The position numbers were made by a program, and so were the translations under genes. This document shows, piece by piece, positions 47,983 through 59,334 of a stretch of DNA of 64,000 nt. This stretch comes from an uncultured Pelosinus sp. Lineage in GTDB: Bacteria; Bacillota; Negativicutes; DSM-13327. The stretch spans positions 63,607 through 127,606 of the forward strand of contig CAUROG010000007.1 in assembly GCA_963526645.1 (NCBI GenBank). Reading direction: 5' to 3'. The notes below the pieces were generated by a model. That model worked only from the letters and a program-made list of their open reading frames with translations, ran no database searches and had not been told where the DNA came from. The number at the start of each line of letters is the position of its first letter. The first letter of the stretch is position 1.

Positions 47983-49554
47983 ATGGTCAAGATAATTACT
48001 GCGGCAGAAGCGGCTAGCCTCATTAAAGATGCTGCCACAATTGCTACGAGTGGTTTTGTTGGTAGTGCAAATCCCGAGGCACTAACCGTTGCATTGGAAG
48101 AGAGATTTCTTAGAGAAAGCAGACCACGTAATTTAACACTTGTTTATTGTGCAGGTCAAGGTGATGGTAAAAACTGTGGAGCCAATCACTTTGGCCACGA
48201 GAATATGGTGAAAAGAGTAATTGGTGGACATTTTAAGACAGCTCCGAAATTGACTAATTTAGTAGTAGATGAAAAAATTGAGGCTTATAATTTTCCTCAG
48301 GGAACCCTTACTCATTGGTTTCGAAATGTTGCTGGAAAAAAACCGGGTGTTATTACGAAAGTTGGCTTGAATACTTTTGTTGACCCAAGGGTTGAGGGTG
48401 GGAAAATTAACAAAAAGACCACTGAGGATCTTGTAGAAGTCATTCAATTAGGGGGGGAAGAATGGCTTTGGTATAAGCCTTTTCCAGTAGATGTAGCTTT
48501 AATTCGTGGGACTTCTGCAGATGAGATTGGCAATATCTCGATTGAAAAAGAGGCTGTTTCACTAGAAATTCTTTCAATCGCACAGGCTGTCAAAAATTCT
48601 GGCGGTATTGTTATTGTGCAGGTAGAGCGTATCGTTAAACCTGGTAGCTTACATCCGATGAATGTAAAAGTTCCGGGAATGATAGTTGACTATATTGTTG
48701 TATCTGAACCAGTCAATCATATGCAGACCTATTCGGAACAGTATAATCCTGCATATTCAGGAGAAATAAAACTATCATCCTTGTCAAATAATTGTGTCAT
48801 GTCTTTAGATGAACGCAAGATTATTGCTCGCCGTGCTGCGATGGAGTTGATTCCCGATGCGATTGTAAACCTTGGTATTGGTGTCCCTGAAGGGGTAGCA
48901 ATGGTAGCCAATGAAGAAGGTATGGGGCACATTATGACTCTTACCGTTGAAGCTGGCCCCGTGGGGGGGATTCCTGCCGGCAATCTAAGCTTTGGGGCTT
49001 CCAGTAATGCAGAGGCCATATTAGATCAACCTTATCAATTTGACTTTTATGATGGTGGCGGTCTTGATCTGGCTTTTCTGGGGTTAGCTGAGACCGATAA
49101 ACATGGCAACATAAATGTAAGTAAGTTTAAAGGCTATGTGGCTGGCTGTGGTGGTTTTATTAACATTACACAGAATACAAAAGATGTTATTTTTCTTGGT
49201 ACCTTTATGGCTGGTGGCTTGAAAGTAAAGATAACTGATGGTCAATTGCATATCATCACAGAAGGGCGCAATAAGAAATTTATTGATCATGTTGAACAAA
49301 TTACTTTTAGTGGCAAGTATGCCCAACAAAGCAATCAATCGGTTATGTATATTACCGAACGTGCTGTATTCCACCTAACACCCGAGGGCATGGTTTTGAC
49401 AGAAATCGCTCCGGGGATCGATCTAGAAAAAGATATATTAGCACTTATGGATTTTAAGCCAATTATAGCTCCAGACCTTAAATTAATGGACGCTCGCATT
49501 TTTAGAAAAGAAAAAATGGGATTAAGCGAGATGTTGTTAAGGTGTGGAAAGTAA
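47983..49554 (+). CDS. pct: Propionate CoA-transferase type (family I, fused subunits)
   Basis: KVGLNTFVDPR, NLGIGVPE, VEAGPVGG, QFDFYDGGGLD and GCGGFINI motifs. Confidence 0.88.
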   Translation: MVKIITAAEAASLIKDAATIATSGFVGSANPEALTVALEERFLRESRPRNLTLVYCAGQGDGKNCGANHFGHENMVKRVIGGHFKTAPKLTNLVVDEKIEAYNFPQGTLTHWFRNVAGKKPGVITKVGLNTFVDPRVEGGKINKKTTEDLVEVIQLGGEEWLWYKPFPVDVALIRGTSADEIGNISIEKEAVSLEILSIAQAVKNSGGIVIVQVERIVKPGSLHPMNVKVPGMIVDYIVVSEPVNHMQTYSEQYNPAYSGEIKLSSLSNNCVMSLDERKIIARRAAMELIPDAIVNLGIGVPEGVAMVANEEGMGHIMTLTVEAGPVGGIPAGNLSFGASSNAEAILDQPYQFDFYDGGGLDLAFLGLAETDKHGNINVSKFKGYVAGCGGFINITQNTKDVIFLGTFMAGGLKVKITDGQLHIITEGRNKKFIDHVEQITFSGKYAQQSNQSVMYITERAVFHLTPEGMVLTEIAPGIDLEKDILALMDFKPIIAPDLKLMDARIFRKEKMGLSEMLLRCGK

Positions 49555-49599
49555 TAAAAAAATTGCCCTACGGGGTTAGAGAATTAGGAGGAATTATTT

Positions 49600-50739
49600 A
49601 TGAATTTTGTATTGACACAAGAACAAGAGGATATTCGCAAAATGGTAAGGGAATTTGCCGAAAAATCGGTGGCCCCAACTGCAGCAGAAAGAGATGAAAA
49701 GGAATACTTTCCTCGTGAAATTTTTGATCAAATGGGTGAACTAGGAATTTTAGGTTTACCTTATCCTGAAGAATATGGCGGAGCAGGTAGTGATTTTTTA
49801 AGTTACGCGATTGCGGTAGAAGAAATCTCTCGAGTATGTGCATCAACTGGTATTGGAACTTCCGTTCACATATCCCTTGCTTCTTGGCCAATATTTAAGT
49901 ATGGAACTGAAGAACAAAAACAAAAGTATTTAAGACCACTGGCTGAGGGTACAAAATTAGGAGCATTTGGCTTAACGGAGCCAAATGCAGGTACTGATGC
50001 TTCGGCGGCAACTACAGTGGCAGTTAGAGATGGAGATAGTTATATTCTTAATGGATCTAAGGTTTTTAATACTAATGGTGGAGAAGCGGAAATTGAAGTT
50101 GTTTTTGCTTCTACCGACAAAGCGGCTGGGTTAAAAGGCTTGAGTGCTTTTATTGTAGAAAAAGGTACTCCTGGACTTAGCTTTGGGAAAAAAGAAGTTA
50201 AAATGGGTATTCGCTCTTCCGTGCAACGGGAAGTTATTATGGAAAATTGTCGTATTCCAGCAGAAAATCTGCTTGGTAAAGAGGGAGCTGGCTTTAAAAT
50301 TGCTATGACTGCTTTGGATGGCGGCCGAATTGGTGTTGCAGCGCAAGCAGTTGGTATTGCTCAGGGGGCTCTAGAAGAAGCAATAAAATACTCTAAAGCA
50401 CGCGTACAATTTGGGAAGCCGATTGCTAGTAATCAAGCAATAGCCTTTAAACTCGCTGATATGGCAACTAAAGTGGAAGCGGCAAGGTTGTTGACTTATA
50501 AGGCAGCATATCATAAATCACATAATCTACCTTATTCCAAGGAAGCTGCTATGGCAAAAATGGTTGCTTCTGATGCTGCTATGTCAGTAACGACAGATGC
50601 TGTGCAAGTCTTTGGAGGTTACGGTTACTCCCGTGAATATCCTGTTGAGCGCATGATGCGGGATGCCAAAATCACGCAGATATATGAAGGAACAAATGAA
50701 GTGCAACGTATGGTTATCTCTGGGGCTATTTTACGATAA
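49600..50739 (+). CDS. Short-chain acyl-CoA dehydrogenase (Bcd/AcrC-like), probable acrylyl-CoA reductase
   Basis: [19 protein letters not shown] and IYEGTNEVQ motifs. Confidence 0.9.
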   Translation: MNFVLTQEQEDIRKMVREFAEKSVAPTAAERDEKEYFPREIFDQMGELGILGLPYPEEYGGAGSDFLSYAIAVEEISRVCASTGIGTSVHISLASWPIFKYGTEEQKQKYLRPLAEGTKLGAFGLTEPNAGTDASAATTVAVRDGDSYILNGSKVFNTNGGEAEIEVVFASTDKAAGLKGLSAFIVEKGTPGLSFGKKEVKMGIRSSVQREVIMENCRIPAENLLGKEGAGFKIAMTALDGGRIGVAAQAVGIAQGALEEAIKYSKARVQFGKPIASNQAIAFKLADMATKVEAARLLTYKAAYHKSHNLPYSKEAAMAKMVASDAAMSVTTDAVQVFGGYGYSREYPVERMMRDAKITQIYEGTNEVQRMVISGAILR

Positions 50740-50956
50740 TTTTAATCTGTCTCATAAAGCGTACGATGTCAATTAGATAGAGAACATTATTATGAGTAAA
50801 TGGTTGTAGCAGTATGTATAGGTCGCGCTGGATCCCTGTTATTAACGATTTTCTCATAATAGCAGAGATCCCGCGATTGGACTTAATCTCCAAGAAAAAA
50901 ATGGCGAAATTCTTTAAAATATCCTACACTATCTATAATTTAGGAGGCAGTAAAAA

Positions 50957-51742
50957 ATGGAAATCATTGTTTGTATCAAGCAAGTGCCTGATACTACCGA
51001 AGTAAAGATTGATCCAGTCACAAATACCTTGATTCGTCAAGGTGTGCCCAGTATTGTAAACCCTTTCGATAAAAATGCTGTAGAAGCAGCTTTGCAGTTA
51101 AAAGAGAAGCATGGCGGTAAGGTTACTGTTATTTCCATGGGACCACCACAAGCTAAAGATGCACTAAAAGAGTGTCTTGCAATGGGGGCTGATAGCGCAA
51201 TTCTTATTAGTGATCGTGCCTTTGGCGGATCTGATACCTTGGCTACTAGCTATACATTAGCGGCAGCTGTGCGCAAACTTGGTACTTATGATATTATTTT
51301 CTGCGGTAAACAAGCGATTGATGGCGATACTGCTCAAGTTGGGCCAGAAATGGCAGAGCATTTAGGTATTTCCCAAATTACGTATGCTGCTAAGATTGAT
51401 GTTGATGGTAATACTGTTCGTGTGGAACGTGAACAGGAAGAGGGCTACGAAATTATTGATGTGGAGTTCCCAGTAGTTATCTCGGTAGTAAAAGCGATGA
51501 ATGAACCACGTTTTCCTAGCATCAGAGGTACAATGAAAGCCAACCGTGCAGAAATTCTTGTATGGACGGCAGCCGATCTTGATGTGAATGAACAACAACT
51601 TGGATTAAAGGGATCACCGACTCAGGTTCGTAAAATATTTACTCCACCCCAGCGTACTAATGGTGTATTGATTCATAAAGATACAGCACGGGAAGCGGTG
51701 GCTGAATTGATAAAAAATCTGTCTGATGCAAAAATTGTGTAA
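50957..51742 (+). CDS. etfB: Electron transfer flavoprotein beta subunit
   Basis: CIKQVPDT, SDRAFGGSDTLATS and GKQAIDGDTAQVG motifs. Confidence 0.95.
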   Translation: MEIIVCIKQVPDTTEVKIDPVTNTLIRQGVPSIVNPFDKNAVEAALQLKEKHGGKVTVISMGPPQAKDALKECLAMGADSAILISDRAFGGSDTLATSYTLAAAVRKLGTYDIIFCGKQAIDGDTAQVGPEMAEHLGISQITYAAKIDVDGNTVRVEREQEEGYEIIDVEFPVVISVVKAMNEPRFPSIRGTMKANRAEILVWTAADLDVNEQQLGLKGSPTQVRKIFTPPQRTNGVLIHKDTAREAVAELIKNLSDAKIV

Positions 51743-51761
51743 AAGGGGAGAAAATTGAGTA

Positions 51762-52958
51762 ATGGCGGTAAAAGTAATAAAAGAATCATGTATTTCCTGT
51801 AGTGCCTGCGTTTCTGCATGTCCATTTGGTGCTATTGTGATGCAAGATGATAAAGCGTTTATAACAGAAGCCTGTACCGTTTGTGGTGTGTGCGTTGACA
51901 CTTGCCCTGTTGAGGCAATTGAGAAAGAAGTAGAAGTTAAAGAGGTCACTGTAGATATAAATGAATACAAAGATGTTTGGGTTTATCTAGAGACTGTAGA
52001 TGGTAAGTTGCGCAACGTTAGTCTCGAATTACTTGGTGAAGGTCGTAAATTAGCTGATACTATGGGGCAAAAGTTGTCAGGTGTTCTGATTGGCAACAAT
52101 GTAAAAGATTTAGCAAAAGATGTTTTCGCTTCTGGTGCTGATCAAGTGTACTTAGTGGAAGCGGTAGAATTAGAACATTACAGTACGGATGGTTATACTG
52201 CTACTTTAGTTGATTTAATTCAACAATATAAACCATCAGTTATCCTTGTGGGTGCAACTAATAACGGTAGGGATCTTGGACCGCGTGTAGCTTGTCGAGT
52301 TGGCACGGGATTAACAGCAGATTGTACCGACCTTGGCATTGACGAAGCGACAGGACTTGTTTCTTGGACTCGCCCGGCTTTTGGCGGCAATATTATGGCA
52401 ACGATTCTATGCCCTGAACATAGGCCCCAGATGGGTACCGTTCGTCCATCTGTATTTAAAAAGCCAGAATTAGATACGAATAGAAGCGGAGAAATTATCC
52501 ACGTAGCCAGTAAGGTGAAAGCAGAAGATATTCGTACTAGGCTTGTTGATATTATTCGTGTTGCTGCTGTTTCTTGTAATTTAGAAGAAGCGGAGATCAT
52601 TGTATCTGGCGGTCGAGGATTATGTAAGCCTGAAAATTTCTCCCTAGTAGAGGAATTGGCTAATGTCCTTGGTGGATCTGTAGGAGCATCTCGTGCTGCT
52701 GTAGATGCTGGCTGGAAGCCTTCATTGCATCAAGTAGGACAGACGGGAAAAACTGTAGGACCGAAAATTTATTTTGCTTGTGGAATTTCTGGTGCCATTC
52801 AACATTTAGCAGGAATGTCATCTTCGGATCTCATCATTGCGATCAATAAAGACCCTGATGCACCAATCTTTAAAATGGCTGATTATGGTATTGTTGGTGA
52901 TGTTATGGAAGTGCTTCCTATTTTGACTGCGGAATTTAAAAAACTAAAAGCATGTTAA
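51762..52958 (+). CDS. etfA: Electron transfer flavoprotein alpha subunit with N-terminal 2x[4Fe-4S] domain
   Basis: CISCSACVSACP and CTVCGVCVDTCP; TRPAFGGN, QVGQTGK and GISGAIQH motifs. Confidence 0.95.
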   Translation: MAVKVIKESCISCSACVSACPFGAIVMQDDKAFITEACTVCGVCVDTCPVEAIEKEVEVKEVTVDINEYKDVWVYLETVDGKLRNVSLELLGEGRKLADTMGQKLSGVLIGNNVKDLAKDVFASGADQVYLVEAVELEHYSTDGYTATLVDLIQQYKPSVILVGATNNGRDLGPRVACRVGTGLTADCTDLGIDEATGLVSWTRPAFGGNIMATILCPEHRPQMGTVRPSVFKKPELDTNRSGEIIHVASKVKAEDIRTRLVDIIRVAAVSCNLEEAEIIVSGGRGLCKPENFSLVEELANVLGGSVGASRAAVDAGWKPSLHQVGQTGKTVGPKIYFACGISGAIQHLAGMSSSDLIIAINKDPDAPIFKMADYGIVGDVMEVLPILTAEFKKLKAC

Positions 52959-53011
52959 GGTTTTAGTAACAAGTTCTAGGAACGTCATAAAGAAAAACAG
53001 AGGTGAATATT

Positions 53012-53797
53012 TTGAGTGAGTATGAGAATTTATTACTTGAAATTGAAGATGGTATTGGATTTGTAACGATTAACCGTCCGAAAGCATTAAATGCACTGAA
53101 TGCTGCTACTATACGTGACTTGGATTGTATCTTTGATGTATTAGCCCAGGATAATGAAGTGAAAGTAGTTGTTATTACTGGCAGCGGTGAGAAATCCTTT
53201 GTGGCTGGCGCAGATATTACTGAAATGCAATCAATGTCTGCTGTCCAAGGGAGAACTTGGGCAAAGATGGCGCAAGCTGTATTCAACAAAATTGAGAATT
53301 TACCAAAACCAGTTATTGCTGCCGTGAATGGCTTTGCACTCGGTGGTGGCTGCGAATTAGCTATGGCTTGTGATATTCGTATCCTTTCTGAAAAAGCCAA
53401 GCTTGGCCAACCAGAAGTGTCATTAGGTATACCACCTGGATTTGGTGGAACCCAGCGTTTAGCAAGACTAGTGGGCAAAGGACGAGCGAAAGAATTGCTC
53501 TTTACGGGTGAAATGATTGATGCAGCTGAAGCCTATCGTATTGGGTTGGGGAATAAAGTAGTGGCTCCTGAGGAGCTTATAAATGTCACTAAGGCTATGG
53601 CACAGAAAATCATGTCTAGAGCGCCTATTGCTGTTCAGGTTTCTAAAGCAGCAGTCAATGAAGGCCTTGATGTTGATCTTAAGTCGGGTGTAGCCTATGA
53701 AGCAGAGGTATTTGGCCTGTGTTTTGCAACAGATGACCAAAAAGAGGGAATGACTGCTTTTGTAGAAAAACGCAAACCTAATTTTATTGGTAAATAG
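53012..53797 (+). CDS. crt: Short-chain enoyl-CoA hydratase (crotonase), probable 3-hydroxypropionyl-CoA dehydratase
   Basis: FVAGADI, LGGGCE and GQPEVSLGIPPGFGGTQRL motifs; TTG 53012 after GAGGTG. Confidence 0.9.
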   Translation: MSEYENLLLEIEDGIGFVTINRPKALNALNAATIRDLDCIFDVLAQDNEVKVVVITGSGEKSFVAGADITEMQSMSAVQGRTWAKMAQAVFNKIENLPKPVIAAVNGFALGGGCELAMACDIRILSEKAKLGQPEVSLGIPPGFGGTQRLARLVGKGRAKELLFTGEMIDAAEAYRIGLGNKVVAPEELINVTKAMAQKIMSRAPIAVQVSKAAVNEGLDVDLKSGVAYEAEVFGLCFATDDQKEGMTAFVEKRKPNFIGK

Positions 53798-53839
53798 GCT
53801 GATTTGTATCGCTAATTCCGATAACTTGGAAGATTAGTT

Positions 53840-53890
53840 GTAAGACGAAAAGTCATATCCTATTTTTAGGATATGACTTTTCTGTCTTAC
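53840..53890 (+). terminator. Long hairpin/terminator closing the first iol operon
   Basis: GTAAGACGAAAAGTCATATCCTA/TAGGATATGACTTTTCTGTCTTAC. Confidence 0.75.
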
Positions 53891-54103
53891 ATAAATGCAA
53901 CTAAAGTTCTCATGTTTTTAATGATGATCAGCCATAATTGAAATTTGATAGGAATAATATGTAAATGTGAGAAAACAAGTCATTAAAATAAACAAAGAAT
54001 TTTGTTTATTTTTGTAGAGGGATAAAGCTAAAAAGTAGTAACTTATAGATCTATCAACATAGAAAAAGGGATAAAAGTTTCGAGATAAAAGACAATTTTA
54101 ATA

Positions 54104-54198
54104 TTGCAATTATTCTCTGCATGAATTAGAATATAACTATGAAGTGATAAAAACGAATCAACATATAACCAATACATAACCAATATAAAACAAATAAT
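54104..54198 (+). promoter_or_regulatory. Promoter of the second iol operon with four tandem 11-bp repeats
   Basis: TTGCAA-N17-TAGAAT; GAATCAACATA TAACCAATACA TAACCAATATA AAACAAATAAT at 54155-54198. Confidence 0.7.
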
Positions 54199-54229
54199 TA
54201 ATAATTAAGTATTAAATGTAAAGAGAAGG

Positions 54230-55393
54230 ATGATAATTGTGGCACATGTATTTTTAATCCCTCGGACCATTATTGCAGGGAAAGAGGCATTAACAAAAGC
54301 GGGTTCATACTTAAAGGGCTCTGGAAAAAAAGCACTTATTGTTACAGATAAAATCATGGTTACGATTGGAAACGTTCAAAAATTGATTAACATATTGGAT
54401 GAACAGGATATCAAGTATGAATTATATGCAGATATCAATAGTGAGCCTACTGATAAAATGGTCTATCAGGGAGTCAAAATTTATAAAGAAACCAATTGTG
54501 ATTTTCTGATAGCGATAGGTGGAGGCAGTCCGATTGATACGATGAAAGCAATTGGAGCAATGCTGACAAATCCAGGAACATTAGCCGATTATATGGGAAA
54601 AGAAATTACTGCTCTACCGCCTGCATTAATTGCCATACCAACAACGGCTGGAACTGGCTCCGAGGCAACCCAGTACACAATCATATCTGATACACAGACC
54701 GACGTAAAAATGCTTTTAAAAGGGGCGCCCTTATTACCTGCATTGGCAATTGTAGATCCAGATTTAACGCTTACCTCACCGCCAATGGTTACAGCAGCGA
54801 CTGGCATTGATGCTTTAACTCATGCTATAGAAGCATATACGTCTAAAAAATCACAACCTATGTCAGATACCTTTGCGATTTCAGCAGTTAAGAGAGTCTT
54901 TAAGAGTCTTTTAAAAGCTTATAAAGATGGAACTGACATTGAAGCAAGAGAAGAAATGTCGATAGCTGCACTGGAGGCTGGCATCGCTTTTAATAATTCT
55001 TCTGTGACCTTAGTTCATGGGATGAGTAGACCAATAGGAGCACTTTTCCATGTACCACATGGATTGTCTAATGCAATACTGCTCTATCATTGTTTGGGAT
55101 TTGCTTTGCAAGGAACTCCAGAAAAATTTTGTGAGCTAGCCAAGGCAATCGGTGTTTATGAAAACGGTATGAGTGATATGCAAGCTGGACAGACATTTAT
55201 AAATGAAGTTGAGAGATTATGTTGCATGTTAAATATTCAAACCTTAGCAGAATTTGGTGTAGATAAAAAAAGGTTCTTTGAAAATCTAGACAAAATGGCA
55301 GAAGATGCTTTAGCTAGTGGTAGTCCGCAAAATACAATAAAAAGTATAAATAAAGAAGAGATCATGAACATTTACAAAGCTTTATGGAATTAA
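54230..55393 (+). CDS. Iron-containing alcohol dehydrogenase, probable malonate-semialdehyde reductase
   Basis: GGGSPID, PTTAGTGSE, DALTHAIE and VHGMSRPIGALFHVPHG motifs; start may be GTG 54239. Confidence 0.88.
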   Translation: MIIVAHVFLIPRTIIAGKEALTKAGSYLKGSGKKALIVTDKIMVTIGNVQKLINILDEQDIKYELYADINSEPTDKMVYQGVKIYKETNCDFLIAIGGGSPIDTMKAIGAMLTNPGTLADYMGKEITALPPALIAIPTTAGTGSEATQYTIISDTQTDVKMLLKGAPLLPALAIVDPDLTLTSPPMVTAATGIDALTHAIEAYTSKKSQPMSDTFAISAVKRVFKSLLKAYKDGTDIEAREEMSIAALEAGIAFNNSSVTLVHGMSRPIGALFHVPHGLSNAILLYHCLGFALQGTPEKFCELAKAIGVYENGMSDMQAGQTFINEVERLCCMLNIQTLAEFGVDKKRFFENLDKMAEDALASGSPQNTIKSINKEEIMNIYKALWN

Positions 55394-55466
55394 CTAAAAT
55401 TAAAGGAATTAGGGAATAAACGTAAAAGCATATTTGCTAGAGAAGATAATTGTAAGGAGAATAAGA

Positions 55467-56483
55467 ATGAAATATATTAGCATTGATAATAGTAGAAAGT
55501 TAGATGTTGTGCCTATTGGTAGAGTTGCAATTGATTTTAATCCTGTGGATATCAATAAAACCCTTGCGGAAAGTACAACCTTTAAAAAATATGTGGGTGG
55601 ATCTCCAGCGAATATCGCAGTAGGTCTTGCTAGATTAGGTAAAAAAGTAGGATTTGTTGGAAAAATATCGAAAGATAGATTTGGTGAATTTGTTACTGAT
55701 TATTTTACAAAAGAAGGCATTGATACTTCTCAAATTTATGAAGCGAAAAATGGAGAATCTTTAGGTCTTACTTTTACTGAAATACTTAGTCCTACAGAAA
55801 GCAGCATTCTCATGTATAGAAATGACATTGCTGACTTAAGTTTGGAAGTAAGTGAAATTGATGAAGAATATATTAAAAATACAAAAGCAATTGTGATCTC
55901 TGGAACAGCATTAGCCAAAAGTCCTTCTAGAGAGGCTACTCTAAAAGCATTGGAATATGCAAAAAAACACAATACAATTGTTATTTTTGATATTGATTAT
56001 CGGGAATATACTTGGCTTAATAAAGATGAAATTGCAATTTATTATTCTATTGTTGGTAGGAATAGTGATTTGGTAATTGGATCTCGAGAAGAATTTGACT
56101 TAATGCAAGGTTTAATGACCCAAGATAACAGTGATGAAGCAATTGCACAAAGATGGCTTTCCTATGGAAATAAAATAGTGGTTATTAAACATGGGAAAGA
56201 TGGTTCTACAGCATATACTGAAGATGGAAAAAATTATAATATTAAGCCGTTTCCAGTTAAACTTCTTAAGTCTTTTGGAGGTGGGGATGCTTATGGATCA
56301 GCCTTTATTTATGGTCTTTTAGAAGGTTGGGATGTAATAGACTGCCTAGAATTTGGCAGTGCTTCAGCTGCTATGTTAGTTGCTAGTCATAGTTGTTCAG
56401 AAGCAATGCCGACTGTTGAAGAAGTAAAAGAATTTATAAGAAAAAGCAAAGCAGAACATGGGGATATGGTAGCAAGAATGTAG
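55467..56483 (+). CDS. iolC: 5-dehydro-2-deoxygluconokinase
   Basis: GRVAIDF, YVGGSPANIA, DIDYR and FGGGDAY motifs. Confidence 0.93.
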   Translation: MKYISIDNSRKLDVVPIGRVAIDFNPVDINKTLAESTTFKKYVGGSPANIAVGLARLGKKVGFVGKISKDRFGEFVTDYFTKEGIDTSQIYEAKNGESLGLTFTEILSPTESSILMYRNDIADLSLEVSEIDEEYIKNTKAIVISGTALAKSPSREATLKALEYAKKHNTIVIFDIDYREYTWLNKDEIAIYYSIVGRNSDLVIGSREEFDLMQGLMTQDNSDEAIAQRWLSYGNKIVVIKHGKDGSTAYTEDGKNYNIKPFPVKLLKSFGGGDAYGSAFIYGLLEGWDVIDCLEFGSASAAMLVASHSCSEAMPTVEEVKEFIRKSKAEHGDMVARM

Positions 56484-56494
56484 GAGGATTGATT

Positions 56495-57283
56495 ATGATC
56501 CATAATATAGGTGAATTAAAACAAGGTTTAAATTCATTGTGTGAAATTAATGGAAAAAATAAAGAAATGCTAATGGATATCAGCATTATAAAGCTGGATA
56601 AAGAAGTCAATGAATTGTATTATCAGCAAGATAAAGAAATGGCTATCTTACTGCTAGAGGGCAAGGTAAAAATCAAATGGTCAGCTAGAGAAGAAGTAAT
56701 TGAAAGAAGATCTGTATTTGATGAGAATCCTTGGTGTTTGCATGTTCCAAAAGAAACAGAGGTTACTGTTGAATTTTTAGAAGCAAGTGAAATCCTCATT
56801 CAATGTACTGAAAATAAGAATAACTTTGAAGATAAGCTATATGGCCCTAATGACTGTAAAAGTGATATTTTTGGCGAAGGCGTTTGGAATGATGTTGCTA
56901 GACGGGTAGTGAGGACAGTATTTGATTACAAGAATGCTCCTTATTCGAATATGGTTATGGGTGAGGTAATTACGTATCCAGGTAAATGGTCAAGTTACCC
57001 GCCGCATCATCATCCACAGCCTGAAGTATATTATTATAAATTTAATAAACCCCAAGGTTTTGGATTGTGTTTGGTTGGTGAAGATGCTTATAAAATTAAA
57101 GATAATAGCTTTTTAGCAATACCAGGAGGATTAGTTCATCCACAGACATCTGCTCCTGGGTATGCAATGTATTACTGCTGGATGATAAGGCACTTGGATA
57201 ATAATCCATGGACAGATCGGATTGATGATGAAGATCATACGTGGTTGTTGGATAAAGATGTAAAAATATGGCCTGCTAGATAA
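56495..57283 (+). CDS. iolB: 5-deoxy-glucuronate isomerase
   Basis: GKWSSYPPHHH..PEVYYY motif. Confidence 0.92.
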   Translation: MIHNIGELKQGLNSLCEINGKNKEMLMDISIIKLDKEVNELYYQQDKEMAILLLEGKVKIKWSAREEVIERRSVFDENPWCLHVPKETEVTVEFLEASEILIQCTENKNNFEDKLYGPNDCKSDIFGEGVWNDVARRVVRTVFDYKNAPYSNMVMGEVITYPGKWSSYPPHHHPQPEVYYYKFNKPQGFGLCLVGEDAYKIKDNSFLAIPGGLVHPQTSAPGYAMYYCWMIRHLDNNPWTDRIDDEDHTWLLDKDVKIWPAR

Positions 57284-57357
57284 GAAATTTCGAAAATATA
57301 ATGATAACAAATTATTCGCAATTCTTATAATTATTACTTATTTTGGAGGGTGTTTGT

Positions 57358-59295
57358 ATGGCTACAACGAAAATGACTGTGGCACAAGCGTTAATTAAAT
57401 TTCTAAATCAACAGTATATTGAGGTTGATGGGAAAAAGAGCAAATTTGTACGAGGTATTTTTACCATTTTTGGACATGGTAACGTGGTTGGTATTGGACA
57501 GGCATTGGAAGAAGTCAATGATGGTCTGGAAGTATATCAAGGCAGAAATGAGCAGGGGATGGCACATGCTGCTGCGGCTTATGCAAAACAGAAAAATAGA
57601 AAACAAATTTATGCCTGTACCACATCTGTAGGACCTGGTGCTGCTAATATGCTTACTGCAGCAGCAACAGCCACTGCAAATAACATTCCTCTATTGTTAC
57701 TACCTGGTGATGTCTTCGCAACAAGACAGCCTAACCCTGTATTACAACAAATAGAGCAGACCTATAATTTATCGATTTCAACGAATGATGCTTTTAAGGC
57801 TGTGAGTAAGTATTGGGATCGTGTCGACCGACCTGAACAACTTATGACAGCTATGATTAATGCGATGAGGGTGTTGACAAATCCGGCAGAGACAGGCACT
57901 GTAACCATTGCTTTACCCCAAGATGTTCAGGGAGAGGCATATGAATTTCCTGATTATTTCTTCAAAGAACGGATTCACAGAATTGATAGATGCTATCCTT
58001 CACAGGCTGCAATCAAAGATGCTGTTGATATCATAACGCGAAAGAAAAAACCACTTATTATTTGTGGTGGCGGGGTTCGATATTCAGAAGCCGGCATCGC
58101 TTTAAAAGCATTTGCTGAAAAATTTAATATTCCCTTTGCTGAAACTCAAGCAGGGAAAAGTGCTGTTGAAGACAGTCATTCATTGAATTTAGGTGGTGTT
58201 GGAGTAACTGGGAATTCCGCAGCTAATGAAATTGCAGGTGAGGCTGACCTCGTAATTGGCATAGGAACAAGGTTTACTGATTTCACTACAGGATCAAAAA
58301 GCGTATTTAAAAATGAGAATGTTGAGTTTTTAAATATTAATGTATCCGAGTTTCATGCTGAGAAATTAGATGCTGTTAAGATGGTTGCTGATGCAAAGGT
58401 TGCCTTGGAGTGCTTGAATGAACAATTGGAACAATTAGGATATAAATCGGCGTATACAACAGAAATACGCCATGCAAAGACTGATTGGGATCAAGAATTG
58501 GAACGGTTGTATAATATTGAATATCAAAAAGAGGGATTCGTTCCCGAAAATCCAGGTTGTTTTAGTGAACAAGAAATAAATGAATATAGTGCTGCACTGC
58601 AATCATGCTTAACGCAAACAGCCGTAATTGGTGAGCTTAATAAAATGTTGTCTAAAAATGCAGTTATTATAGGGGCAGCGGGAAGCTTGCCAGGGGATTT
58701 ACAACGTATGTGGAAAGCTGAAGAAATAGGTGCTTACCATATGGAATACGGATATTCATGCATGGGATATGAGGTTTCAGGGGCGTTGGGTGTTAAACTG
58801 GCGGAACCGGAAAAAGAAGTGTTTGCCATGGTGGGTGATGGAAGTTATTTGATGTTGCATTCCGAACTTGTAACAAGTATGCAGGAAGGCATAAAAATAA
58901 ATGTATTATTGTTTGATAATATTGGCTTTGGTTGTATTAATAATTTGCAAATGGGCAATGGTATGGGAAGTTTTTGTACAGAGTTTAGAAAACGCAATGA
59001 GAAAAGCGGTAAATTAGATGGCGAACTTATGAAAATAAATTTTGCCAAGCAGGCTGAAGGATATGGGGTAAAAACATATTCAGTATCCACGTTAGAAGAG
59101 TTAAAAGTCGCAGTTGAAGATGCCAAGAAACAGCAAATATCAACATTAATTGATATTAAAGTGTTACCAAAGACTATGACTCATGGCTATGGAGCAGGAT
59201 GGCATGTTGGCATCGCTGAGTTGTCGTCAAATCCTAAAATTAATGCTGCTTATGAGCAGAAAGAAGAGCTTTTAGCAAATGCAAGAAAGTATTGA
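57358..59295 (+). CDS. iolD: 3D-(3,5/4)-trihydroxycyclohexane-1,2-dione acylhydrolase
   Basis: [24 protein letters not shown] and GDGSYLM motifs. Confidence 0.95.
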   Translation: MATTKMTVAQALIKFLNQQYIEVDGKKSKFVRGIFTIFGHGNVVGIGQALEEVNDGLEVYQGRNEQGMAHAAAAYAKQKNRKQIYACTTSVGPGAANMLTAAATATANNIPLLLLPGDVFATRQPNPVLQQIEQTYNLSISTNDAFKAVSKYWDRVDRPEQLMTAMINAMRVLTNPAETGTVTIALPQDVQGEAYEFPDYFFKERIHRIDRCYPSQAAIKDAVDIITRKKKPLIICGGGVRYSEAGIALKAFAEKFNIPFAETQAGKSAVEDSHSLNLGGVGVTGNSAANEIAGEADLVIGIGTRFTDFTTGSKSVFKNENVEFLNINVSEFHAEKLDAVKMVADAKVALECLNEQLEQLGYKSAYTTEIRHAKTDWDQELERLYNIEYQKEGFVPENPGCFSEQEINEYSAALQSCLTQTAVIGELNKMLSKNAVIIGAAGSLPGDLQRMWKAEEIGAYHMEYGYSCMGYEVSGALGVKLAEPEKEVFAMVGDGSYLMLHSELVTSMQEGIKINVLLFDNIGFGCINNLQMGNGMGSFCTEFRKRNEKSGKLDGELMKINFAKQAEGYGVKTYSVSTLEELKVAVEDAKKQQISTLIDIKVLPKTMTHGYGAGWHVGIAELSSNPKINAAYEQKEELLANARKY

Positions 59296-59334
59296 GAAAC
59301 ATTTAATACGAAATGATGGGAAGGTGGAGAAATT

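Noticed and set aside
50814..51005. 63 aa ORF between acd and etfB
   Set aside because: No RBS, it overlaps the etfB start out of frame, and the region is better explained by an RNA hairpin
47983..53797. Butyrate synthesis (bcd-etf-crt) or lactate acrylate pathway
   Set aside because: No thiolase, hbd or lcdABC in the cluster; its position inside the iol regulon fits C3 metabolism better
54155..54198. CRISPR or VNTR interpretation of the short repeats
   Set aside because: These are 11-bp degenerate units without spacers, no cas genes are present, and the position fits an operator
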